A stretch of DNA of 64,000 nucleotides from an uncultured Spirochaetota bacterium. Its GTDB lineage: Bacteria > Spirochaetota > Spirochaetia > SZUA-6 > Fen-1364. Within the stretch, counting starts at the first letter, position 1; each line of letters opens with the position of its first letter. This document shows positions 1-8,252 of this stretch, piece by piece. A program made the position numbers and the translations under genes. The notes beneath the pieces were generated by a model. That model was given only the letters and a program-made list of their open reading frames with translations. It made no database searches and had not been told where the DNA came from. Location of the stretch: assembly GCA_963781885.1 (NCBI GenBank), contig CAWAHW010000007.1:480001-544000 (forward strand), read 5' to 3'.

Positions 1-1212
1 GCAGGCAAGCGGGCGCAGGCGCCACGCGAAAAACCAGACCAGCGCGGCAAACGCCGCGTTCAGGATGAGCACCATCCACCACGCGGGGGCGCGCAGGAAG
101 CGATCCGAGAGAATGCTGTTGAGGACGTTCAGGTGGAGGCCCGCCTTCGGGTAGACCTGCTCGAATGGGGTCGGACCGTAGTCGGCGCCGCTCGTCGTGA
201 TGTCGGCGACAAGGACATGCGCGCTGTCCATCACGGACGCCGCCTGGTCGGCCACGTCGGGGTCGTTCTCCGCCTGCAGGAGACCGGCGAACGAAGACCG
301 CGCGAAACCTGCGCCCCAGGGTCCTGCAAAATCGACGATCATGCGGCCGTTGCGGTCTATGGGTATCGATACGTCCCGCGTGGTGCCGTCCGGCATCTTC
401 GCCCCCGGCAGGCGGAGAGTGGCGCCGAAGGAGACCTCGATCGTCGACGGGTCCACCTGGAGGGCGTCCGTCGCCGCCGCCAGCGCGAGGCTCGGCATGT
501 AGCCGTCCCCGTAGCGAATGAGAAGGGGCATGCGCCGGTAGACACCGTCGGGGTCGGGCTCGCTGTCGTAATGCGCGATGCCGCGCGCGGCGGCCGTCAG
601 GGCGGCAAAGCTCACGGTCGACGAGCGCGCGGTGAGGGGACTGCCGGCGCGGAGGATTTTCGGGTGCCACAGCCACCGCGCCAGAGGATCGGGGCCCGTC
701 GGCGCCGGTGCGGCGAGCTTGTCGTATGCAAGCGGCGGAAGGAGGGCCGGAAGGATCACGTTCCCCGCCCCGGCGACCGCCGCGACGAACGCCGCGTCCC
801 CGTCCGGCAGTCCCTGCTCGGGGAAGTCGATGTCGAAGATGATCGAGGAGGCACCGGCGGTGGAGAGCACCCTCACGAGCTGGGCGAAGTCGCGGCGGTC
901 GCCGGTTTTCATCCCGAGCGTGCGCAGCTCGGAATCGCTCAGGTCGACGTGGTTGATGGAGGGGGCGATCTTCTCCGTTCCCCGAAGACGGTAGCGGAGC
1001 TGGAAGAAAAGGTCGTTGAGACGGTTGTTCCAGTCGCCGCGAATGCCGGCCGCCGCAAGCGACAGCACCCAGGCGAGGCCGAGACAGAGCGCGACGATGA
1101 GGGCGAAGGTGAGCCCGGTCCGGCGATCAGTGCTCGAGCCGGAAGATCTTGCTGTAGTACCCCGCGGCGTCGATGCGGGTTGCGAGCTTTGCGATTGCGT
1201 CGTTGATGCCAC
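1..1212 (-). CDS. CHASE2-domain membrane sensor protein (output domain lies beyond the left edge of the window)
   Basis: Not in the ORF track; translated by hand. TM segment LTFALIVALCLGLAWVLSL, then NRLNDLFFQLR...HVDLSD...IIFDIDFPE...YPKAGLHLNVLNSILSDRFLR and further TM helices, which is the typical CHASE2 layout. Start uncertain; the GTG at 1212 follows GGAGG. Confidence 0.75.
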   Translation of the reverse strand, partial: MASTTQSQSSQPASTPRGTTARSSGSSTDRRTGLTFALIVALCLGLAWVLSLAAAGIRGDWNNRLNDLFFQLRYRLRGTEKIAPSINHVDLSDSELRTLGMKTGDRRDFAQLVRVLSTAGASSIIFDIDFPEQGLPDGDAAFVAAVAGAGNVILPALLPPLAYDKLAAPAPTGPDPLARWLWHPKILRAGSPLTARSSTVSFAALTAAARGIAHYDSEPDPDGVYRRMPLLIRYGDGYMPSLALAAATDALQVDPSTIEVSFGATLRLPGAKMPDGTTRDVSIPIDRNGRMIVDFAGPWGAGFARSSFAGLLQAENDPDVADQAASVMDSAHVLVADITTSGADYGPTPFEQVYPKAGLHLNVLNSILSDRFLRAPAWWMVLILNAAFAALVWFFAWRLRPLAC

Positions 1213-1777
1213 GCGTTCCTCCCGCGATGGTCACCGGCTTTTCCGCCGCCGCGGCGAGCGCGCTGTGCTGCTGGTTGAGGCGCTTGATCTCGTCCAGCAC
1301 CGCCTGCCGGGCGGCGGCTTTCGCCGCGGCCGTCGATCCCTGATTCGAAGCGGTTTTCTGGAGCGTCGTGAGGAGCGACTCCAGCGTCCGCAGCCGCTCG
1401 GACGACGCCACCAGGTAGAAACGCTCGGTGCCTTTTGCGCTGTCGAGCGTGAACCAGTCATCCCCCTCGGGGATGAAATAGCGGCTCTGGGCGTAGGATG
1501 CCTTGCCGAACAGGTCGAAGGAGTCGGGGAAGAGAAGCTGCGTGTCGTCGCTCGCGTCTTGGAGAATGAGATAGACGAACGACGAGGCGGCCGGGGCGAT
1601 GTGGATCTTGAAAAGGTCTCCCGGCTTGATGTTGACCTTCTCCGAGAAGTTGATGGGGACCGCGGAGCCGTCCGCGGCGCGCTTGACGAATGCCCAGGTG
1701 AAGGAAAGCTTCGCTTCCTGTGCGGCAATCCCCGCCGCGACGAGAAGCAGGAGGAGGACGGCCGTCGTTCTTCTCAT
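1127..1777 (-). CDS. Secreted DUF4384-like protein
   Basis: Signal peptide; IKPGDLFKIHI..FVYLILQD..TQLLFP..WFTLD..GTERFYLVASSERL pattern; GGTRG motif; RBS GAGGAG. Confidence 0.7.
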   Translation of the reverse strand: MRRTTAVLLLLLVAAGIAAQEAKLSFTWAFVKRAADGSAVPINFSEKVNIKPGDLFKIHIAPAASSFVYLILQDASDDTQLLFPDSFDLFGKASYAQSRYFIPEGDDWFTLDSAKGTERFYLVASSERLRTLESLLTTLQKTASNQGSTAAAKAAARQAVLDEIKRLNQQHSALAAAAEKPVTIAGGTRGINDAIAKLATRIDAAGYYSKIFRLEH

Positions 1778-1786
1778 GGCGCCATC

Positions 1787-2377
1787 TTACTCCTCTCCCG
1801 GAGGGGACGCAAGCGGAGACGGGAAAAAGAACAGGAGCCCCAGATCAAATCCGAGGGTATAGTAGATCGTGTCGGACTGGAGAGAATAGTACAGGTTGAA
1901 GGTGGGTCCCACGCTGAAGGAAACGGAGGGGTTCAGCCTCAGCGCGAGCCCGGCATTGAGCTCGGTCCAGAAGCCGGGAACGGAAGAATCCGAGGTTGAC
2001 TGTCCCGACGACGACGATCCCTGGAAACTGAGCTCCACCGCCGTGGTGTCGCGGAGAAATGGCATGGCGTCCCCGAAGGAAAAATACATGCCTGCCTGGA
2101 AACCGGGAGAGACGTCGAGGTACCAGCTGCCGTTCTGCGTGGCGTTGTTTTGCGTGCTCGAGTAGGTGACCGAAATATACGGGCCTATTTCGAACAGGCG
2201 GCTCGTGAAGAATCCGCCCCAGCCGTACAGGCTGAAGCTGCTGGTCGGCGCGGCGCTGGAGAGGGGTATGCTTGCCCACCCGCCCGTGCCGCCCTGGATG
2301 ATTCCCCCGCCGCTTTCCTGCGCGCCGGCGAGCATCGGGATGGCGAAGATGATGACCGTAAGGGCGAAGCGCTTCAT
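1787..2377 (-). CDS. Secreted protein, probable outer-membrane beta-barrel
   Basis: ATG at 2377 after GAAGGAG; signal peptide MKRFALTVIIFAIPMLAGA; aromatic, alternating beta-strand-like segments ending YTLGFDLGLLFFF. Confidence 0.55.
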   Translation of the reverse strand: MKRFALTVIIFAIPMLAGAQESGGGIIQGGTGGWASIPLSSAAPTSSFSLYGWGGFFTSRLFEIGPYISVTYSSTQNNATQNGSWYLDVSPGFQAGMYFSFGDAMPFLRDTTAVELSFQGSSSSGQSTSDSSVPGFWTELNAGLALRLNPSVSFSVGPTFNLYYSLQSDTIYYTLGFDLGLLFFFPSPLASPPGEE

Positions 2378-2522
2378 AGGCACTCCTTCTCGGACGCGGA
2401 TTCGTCTTTCACTCGTTCGACGGGACGGTGCATCCCGATCGTACATCAACCGCCCGGCTTTCCGCAACACGCGGGGGATGCAACGTGGACGAGACTGTCC
2501 CGGTCATATATGCTCCCCGCTG

Positions 2523-3539
2523 ATGAACGAGGTCCAGATCGTAAGGTTTGGCGGACCCCCGGTTCTGCGGCTCGTGGAACGGCCGTCACCGGCCCTGACG
2601 GCCGGACACGTACGGATCACGGTAAGCGCCGCCGGGGTGAATTTCGCCGACGTGCAGATGCGCATGGGTCTGTATCCCGAGGCTCCCCGTACCCCCTTTG
2701 TGCCCGGCTTCGAGGTTGCCGGCGTCATTTCCGAGGTGGGCCCGGAGGTGACCTCCTTCCGTCGCGGCCAGCGGGTGCTGTCCATGTGCCGCTTCGGCGG
2801 CTATGCCGATGAGATCGTCCTGCCGGCAGCGCACGTGCGGCCCACGCCGCGCAGGCTGTCCGACAAGGAGGCGGCGGCGATTCCCGTCGCATTCGCCTCC
2901 GCGTGGATCGCCCTGATGGACATGGCGCGGATCCGCGAAGGCGACCGCATCCTCATCCCCGGCGCCGCGGGCGGTCTTGGAACGGCCATGGTGCAGATCG
3001 CGGTCAAGGCAGGCGCGCAGGTGGTCGGTCTCGTCGGAAGCAGCGGGAAAAAAGAGCTCGTGCGGTCGCTGGGCGCCGCGGAAGTGCTGACGTATGACGA
3101 GCTTCAGGCGCGGGACGGCGGCTACGGCCGGGATTTTTCCGTCATCGCCGAACCGCGGGGGGCGCGGGCGCTGAAAGACTCCATGCGGCGATTGGCCCCG
3201 GGCGGCCGGGTGGTGAGCTACGGGGTTTCTTCCATAGTGACGGGTTTGCGTCGATCCATTCCGCGTACGCTCCTCTGGCTTCTCCGCACCCCGCTCTTCA
3301 CGAATATCGGCCTGCAAATGGCAAACACGGGGCTCATTGGCCTGAACATGCTGAAGCTTTTCGACACCGAGCTTGGGCAGGACATGCTCATGCGGGCCAT
3401 GGATACGGTGCTGGAAGGATTCGAGACAGGCGCGTATAAGGCAGTCGTCGCCAAGTCCTTTGCCCTTTCAGATGCAGGTGCCGCGCAGGAGTTTCTCCAG
3501 AGCGGAAAAAGCGTCGGCAAGATTGTCTTAGTCTGCTGA
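2523..3539 (+). CDS. MDR-superfamily NADPH:quinone oxidoreductase-like protein (VAT-1-like)
   Basis: AAGVNFADVQMRMGLYP, PFVPGFEVAG, GAAGGLG Rossmann motif, C-terminal GKSVGKIVL. Confidence 0.9.
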   Translation: MNEVQIVRFGGPPVLRLVERPSPALTAGHVRITVSAAGVNFADVQMRMGLYPEAPRTPFVPGFEVAGVISEVGPEVTSFRRGQRVLSMCRFGGYADEIVLPAAHVRPTPRRLSDKEAAAIPVAFASAWIALMDMARIREGDRILIPGAAGGLGTAMVQIAVKAGAQVVGLVGSSGKKELVRSLGAAEVLTYDELQARDGGYGRDFSVIAEPRGARALKDSMRRLAPGGRVVSYGVSSIVTGLRRSIPRTLLWLLRTPLFTNIGLQMANTGLIGLNMLKLFDTELGQDMLMRAMDTVLEGFETGAYKAVVAKSFALSDAGAAQEFLQSGKSVGKIVLVC

Positions 3540-3558
3540 ATTATCTTAAAAATTTTAA

Positions 3559-3586
3559 TTGACAATTAATTTATTTAATATATATT
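3559..3586 (+). promoter_or_regulatory. Sigma70-type promoter of the DUF2089 gene, possibly leaderless
   Basis: TTGACA at 3559-3564, 16 nt spacer, TATATT at 3581-3586, 6 nt before ATG 3593, inside a very AT-rich patch. Confidence 0.65.
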
Positions 3587-3592
3587 AGAGGT

Positions 3593-4048
3593 ATGCCAAG
3601 AAACAGAATCGACGCAAACGTCCGCTGCCCATCATGTAACGGTCAACTATTTCCAAGGGTACTGGTCTGCGATTCGTGTGGGCTCAAGGTCGAAGGGGAG
3701 TTCATCATGAACGAGTTCGGGTCTCTCACTCCCGACGAGCTGCACTTCCTGCGCGTCTTCATCTACTGTGAGGGAAGGATCCGCGACATGGAGGCCGCGC
3801 TCGGCGTGAGCTACCCCACCGTGAAAGGACACTTGGCCACCATCAAGCAGAAGCTCAACCTTGCGCCGCATCCGGGTCGGCCCGCCGCACCTGCCGCAAG
3901 TGATGCCGCGCAGGGAGGCGGGGCAGAGATGAGCGACGAGCAGGTCCTCGACGGGCTGGAATCCGGGCAGGTCAGCTACAAGGATGCGCTCAGCCTTCTG
4001 CGGTCAAGGAAAAAAGGAGAAAAGGCCGATGAGCAGCAAGGCAGCTGA
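3593..4048 (+). CDS. DUF2089-family protein (Zn-ribbon + HTH + SHOCT-like C-terminus)
   Basis: CPSC...CDSC; FLRVFIYCEGRIRDMEAALGVSYPTVKGHL HTH; C-terminal VLDGLESGQVSYKDALSLL. Confidence 0.85.
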   Translation: MPRNRIDANVRCPSCNGQLFPRVLVCDSCGLKVEGEFIMNEFGSLTPDELHFLRVFIYCEGRIRDMEAALGVSYPTVKGHLATIKQKLNLAPHPGRPAAPAASDAAQGGGAEMSDEQVLDGLESGQVSYKDALSLLRSRKKGEKADEQQGS

Positions 4049-5318
4049 CAGGATTCGCGCGATGCAGGAGAAAGGCATCCTCACCCCGGCGCAGGCCGAA
4101 GAGCTCCTGAAGGCGCTGGAGGGAAGCGATGAGGAACCGGGTGCCCCCGCGTCATCGGAGCCGCTCGAGCCGCCACCAGGCGCTTCCGCGCACGCCGACG
4201 CGGAATCGGACAGCAAGTGGGACGACGACGAAGAAAGAGTGCGCGGGCGCGGCCGGCATCGTCGGCAGCGGCCTTTTCTCCCGGACGGCCTCCTGGAGAT
4301 GGACTGGGTGAATGACATGGTGGACGGCATCACCAGCGGGCTCGGCGTCCACGTCCAGGACAAGGTGCGGGGGGCGACAGGCGACGACTGGAGCGAAGGC
4401 TGGGGCGGGCACTGGACGGCGAACGGGCAGAACTCGTCGCGCATCGAGCAGCCCGAAGGGGAGCAGTACGAGTTTCGCGGCAACCGCGTGGTCTTCAGCA
4501 GGCTGACCGGCATGCACCTGGTGCGGTCCAAGGTCAAGGACAACTCGTTCTCCGCCTCCACGTTCAAGGACATCGAGCTCGTGGACAGCACGATGCAGGA
4601 CTGCGCGCTCGCCGGCGCCTCCCTGCACGAGCTGCGGATGGAGCATGCGGAGCTGAAGGACGTGTCCGTGTCGGGCTCAAAGACCAACCGGATCAGCCTT
4701 CAGGATTCCACCACGGTGAAGGGGCTGCGCATTTCAGGGTCCCGGGTCAACGGCATGACCCTGCAGGAAAACTGCAGCATCCACGATACCCGATTCTCCG
4801 GGGCCGTCATCACGGCGCTTACTCTCATCCGGTCGTCGAGGATGAAGGACGTGCGCCTCACCGGCGCGACGGTCAACAGGCTCTCGCTGGAAGGGGCGTC
4901 CATGGACAATGTTCGGGCGCAGGGATCGGTCCTGGAGAGCTCGCACATCACCGATTCCCAGCTTCAGGACACCGACCTTCGCGGCACCCGTTTCCGGGAC
5001 GCCGAGATCACCGCCTCCAAGATCAAGGACTGCCGCTTCGATGCGATCGCCTTTGACGGGCTGAAGATCGCGAGCAGCACGCTGCGCAAGGTGAGCTTTC
5101 GCGACGCCAACTACAAGATGTACAGCAATCTCCGCGCACAGGCGGAGAAGCTTTCGATCATCGACTGCGACCTGGACGAGATTGACTTTTCCGAATGCAC
5201 GATCCGCAACACGACGATCCAGGGCATCAAGGTGCACGGATTGCGGATTCGCGGGGCGGACCTGTCTGGAATGACGATTGCCCGTGTCGAGGACCTGGAG
5301 GCCCTTGGACGAAGATAG
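4029..5318 (+). CDS. Pentapeptide-repeat (beta-helix) protein with N-terminal SHOCT-like helix
   Basis: N-terminal DRIRAMQEKGILTPAQAEELLKALE; acidic linker; long 5/10-residue periodic repeats (FSASTFKDI ELVDSTMQDC ALAGASLHEL ... DLRGTRFRDA EITASKIKDC). Start overlaps the DUF2089 gene. Confidence 0.8.
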   Translation: MSSKAADRIRAMQEKGILTPAQAEELLKALEGSDEEPGAPASSEPLEPPPGASAHADAESDSKWDDDEERVRGRGRHRRQRPFLPDGLLEMDWVNDMVDGITSGLGVHVQDKVRGATGDDWSEGWGGHWTANGQNSSRIEQPEGEQYEFRGNRVVFSRLTGMHLVRSKVKDNSFSASTFKDIELVDSTMQDCALAGASLHELRMEHAELKDVSVSGSKTNRISLQDSTTVKGLRISGSRVNGMTLQENCSIHDTRFSGAVITALTLIRSSRMKDVRLTGATVNRLSLEGASMDNVRAQGSVLESSHITDSQLQDTDLRGTRFRDAEITASKIKDCRFDAIAFDGLKIASSTLRKVSFRDANYKMYSNLRAQAEKLSIIDCDLDEIDFSECTIRNTTIQGIKVHGLRIRGADLSGMTIARVEDLEALGRR

Positions 5319-5338
5319 AAAATACAGACCCAGAAAGA

Positions 5339-5369
5339 AGCCGCGGTGAATGCTCGCCGCGGTTTTTTT
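5339..5369 (+). terminator. Rho-independent terminator
   Basis: CCGCGGTGA-atgc-TCGCCGCGG hairpin followed by T7. Confidence 0.85.
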
Positions 5370-5429
5370 ATTGCCATTTTTAGAGGAATCAATTTATTTA
5401 ATATTGTATTAAAAAATTTAAGATTTATA

Positions 5430-5458
5430 TTGACAATTATTAAATAACTTGCTATAGT
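5430..5458 (+). promoter_or_regulatory. Sigma70 promoter of the ABC exporter operon
   Basis: TTGACA at 5430-5435, 17 nt spacer, TATAGT at 5453-5458, within an AT-rich stretch of about 100 bp. Confidence 0.8.
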
Positions 5459-5501
5459 CAATTTATAATTTATGCCATGGAATGGCAAAGGAGACGATGC
5501 T

Positions 5502-6515
5502 ATGGAGATTATTTCCATTTCGGATCTTCGAAAAAGCTTCAAAGGCCGACGCGGAAAGGGACACCCGGTGCGCGTGGAAGCCGTGAAGGGTATCGATCTT
5601 TCGGTACGGGAAGGGGAGATATTCGGCTTCCTCGGGCCGAACGGCGCAGGGAAAAGCACGACCCTGCGCATCCTCTCCACGCTTCTGCCTGCGGACAGCG
5701 GGAAGGCGGAGATCGCCGGCTGCGATATACGCACGGAACCCCGGAAGGTGCGCCAGCTCATCGGCTACGTGAGCCAGTCAGGCGGCACGGACCCCGATAT
5801 GACGGGGAGGGAGAACATCCTCCTGCAGGCGGGGCTGTACGGGCTCAGCCCGGAAGCGGCGCGACGGCGCGTGGAAGAGCTCACGAAGGCGCTGGAGCTC
5901 GGTGAGTTCGTCGACAGGTTCGCCAAGACCTATTCGGGCGGCCAGAAGCGGAAGCTCGACATCGCGGTGGGCATGGTGCACAGCCCGAAGATCCTTTTCC
6001 TCGACGAGCCGACGACGGGACTGGACCCCCTCAGCAGGGCGCAGCTCTGGGGCCAGATCCGGCTGCTGCGGAGCCTGGGGACAACGGTGTTCCTCACCAC
6101 GCACTACATGGAGGAGGCCGACGCCCTCTGCGACCGGATCGCCATCATGGACCACGGCACGATCGTCGCCCGGGGCACCCCGAGCGAGCTCAAGGCCGGG
6201 GTTCACGGCGACGTCGTGTCGCTCTCCGTGAACCATGTCGAGAATGCGCCGGAGCTCGCCGTCGAGCTGCTGCGGGCGCAGGAGCTCGTGCGGGAGATTT
6301 CGAGCGAAGGGGCCCACCTGAAGCTGATCGTCGCGCATGGAGGCGAGGCACTGCCGGTCATCATGAGGCTCCTGGAGGGGCGGGGCATCGGGGTCGCGGA
6401 GATCGCCGTGGCGCGCCCGTCGCTGGATGATGTCTTTCTTCGCGCCACCGGCCATTCCCTGAAGGAAGAGACGCCGGTGCACGCCGCGGCACAGACCGCA
6501 TATCGCAAGGAGTAG
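5502..6515 (+). CDS. ABC exporter ATP-binding subunit (DrrA family)
   Basis: GPNGAGKST, YSGGQ, LFLDEPT, TTHYMEEA, C-terminal RPSLDDVFL; RBS AAGGAG. Confidence 0.95.
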   Translation: MEIISISDLRKSFKGRRGKGHPVRVEAVKGIDLSVREGEIFGFLGPNGAGKSTTLRILSTLLPADSGKAEIAGCDIRTEPRKVRQLIGYVSQSGGTDPDMTGRENILLQAGLYGLSPEAARRRVEELTKALELGEFVDRFAKTYSGGQKRKLDIAVGMVHSPKILFLDEPTTGLDPLSRAQLWGQIRLLRSLGTTVFLTTHYMEEADALCDRIAIMDHGTIVARGTPSELKAGVHGDVVSLSVNHVENAPELAVELLRAQELVREISSEGAHLKLIVAHGGEALPVIMRLLEGRGIGVAEIAVARPSLDDVFLRATGHSLKEETPVHAAAQTAYRKE

Positions 6516-6518
6516 GAA

Positions 6519-7279
6519 ATGAGCTTTTTCAGGGATCTTCGGCTTCTGTTCGTTCGCTCGGTCAAAGGCAGCCTGCGCAATCCGGTGTGGCTCTTCATCG
6601 GCTTCTTCCAGCCCATCGTCTATCTCCTTCTCTTCGCGCCGCTGCTCACCAATCTCACCGGCATCCCGGGTTTCCCCCGCGGAGGGGCCTACACGGTCTT
6701 CACGCCGGGCCTGCTGGTGATGCTCGCCCTTTTCGGAACGGCATACGCGGGCTTCGGCCTGGTGGAGCATATCCGCGAGGGGTTCCTCGAACGGCTGCTG
6801 GTCACCCCGCGCGCCGGCTCTCCATCCTGCTCGCCTACGTGCTGCGCGACATCGTGGTGCTGCTCGTGCAGTCGGGCATCGTCGTTCTGCTGGCCCTGCC
6901 CCTGGGTCTCGTGGTGGACGGCCGCGGCCTTGTCCTGACATTCGCCATGATGGTGCTGACGGGCATGTTCACCGCCTCCTTCTCCTACGGCCTCGCCATG
7001 GTGCTGAAGCGCGAAGATGCAATGGCATCCGTGATCAACATCCTTGCGACTCCCCTCATGCTTCTGTCGGGCATCACGCTGCCGCTCACGCTCGCGCCGA
7101 AGATCATCCGCTCCATTGCGTCGGTCAATCCATTCGCCTACGAGGTCACGGCGGCGCGTTCCCTTTTCGTTGGGGACTTCGGCGACTCCGCGATCCTTGT
7201 CGGCTTCCTCCTTCTGGGAGTGCTGGCCGTCATTGCCTTCTGGTGGGCAATCCGTTCTTTCCGCAAAGCGGCGGCCTGA
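6519..7279 (+). CDS. ABC-2 permease (DrrB family), frameshift near 6808
   Basis: Two overlapping hydrophobic ORFs (GFLERLLVTP and RRLSILLAYVLRD...NPFAYEV) join if one base is added in ACCCCGCGCG. Confidence 0.85.
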
Positions 7280-7309
7280 CGGACGAAGCGACAAGACGGA
7301 ATGTTCGAC

Positions 7310-7340
7310 AAACGGGCCCGCACGCGGGCCCGTTTTTTTT
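7310..7340 (+). terminator. Rho-independent terminator
   Basis: CGGGCCCG-cacg-CGGGCCCG followed by T8. Confidence 0.9.
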
Positions 7341-7389
7341 CTCGCTGTTGCCGCGACGGGTGTCTCATGGTACCATCGGCACCACACAT

Positions 7390-8217
7390 ATGGGCCGGCG
7401 TGTGCTTCCCGTCCTTTCTGTCGCCCTCCTGGTGTTCTTCGTCTATGAGAGCGCCGTCCGCATCCTGCTCGCGCCATTTGTCGCGCTCCCTGACCTGACC
7501 GGGGGCATCGCGGGTCAGACGATCGTCCTCGTGCTCTTCAGCGTCCTTCATTCCATCCACGCCCTGGGCTTTCGGCGCACGCTTATCTTCTTTCTTGCCA
7601 CGGCGATCGTTTCCTGGACGTTCGAGCAGGTGGGCGTGTCGACGGGCATCGTCTATGGCGCCTATCACTATACCGGCGTGCTGGGCGTGAAGCTCGGGCA
7701 CGTCCCCGTCCTCATCCCGCTTGCCTGGTACATGATGATCTACCCCAGCTGGTGCCTTGCGCTCTGCATCGCCGCACGGGGTCCGGTGTCCGAGCCGGGC
7801 TCGCCGCGGGCGGAGAGGCAGGGGACGGGTTTCCTGGGGCCGGTCTTTCTCGCCGCAATGGTCATGACCGCGTGGGACCTCGTGGTGGATCCGCTTCTCT
7901 CAGGGCCCTCCGTCAGGGCATGGGTCTGGGAAAAGGGCGGCCCCTATTTCGGCATCCCGCTGCACAACTATGCCGGCTGGATGGTCACGACATTCGTGGT
8001 CTACTTCCTCTACCGCCTGTACGACCGCGGCACCCGGGGACGCACGGGCGGCCCGCAAAGCGGCTTCATGGCGGCGCTCCCCCTCGTGGCTTACGCCTCC
8101 GTCATGCTCTCCAACTCCATTGCCAATGACCGAAAGGAGATGGTCGTGATCGGTCTTTTCGCCATGGGATTGCCCCTGTGCGCGGCTCTCGTCGGATTCC
8201 GCCGCGCCCACGGTTGA
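7390..8217 (+). CDS. Carotenoid biosynthesis protein family (CruF/DUF422-like) membrane protein
   Basis: EQVGVSTGIVYGAYHY, GVKLGHVPVLIPLAW, WDLVVDP, W.W..GPYFGIPLHNYAGW motifs. Confidence 0.85.
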   Translation: MGRRVLPVLSVALLVFFVYESAVRILLAPFVALPDLTGGIAGQTIVLVLFSVLHSIHALGFRRTLIFFLATAIVSWTFEQVGVSTGIVYGAYHYTGVLGVKLGHVPVLIPLAWYMMIYPSWCLALCIAARGPVSEPGSPRAERQGTGFLGPVFLAAMVMTAWDLVVDPLLSGPSVRAWVWEKGGPYFGIPLHNYAGWMVTTFVVYFLYRLYDRGTRGRTGGPQSGFMAALPLVAYASVMLSNSIANDRKEMVVIGLFAMGLPLCAALVGFRRAHG

Positions 8218-8252
8218 CAACGCGGCCGATCGCATCGACATTCTTTTCACGG

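Noticed and set aside
6800-6820. Programmed ribosomal frameshifting at the split genes
   Set aside because: No slippery heptamers or consistent stimulatory signals, and both +1 and -1 breaks occur; sequencing error is simpler.
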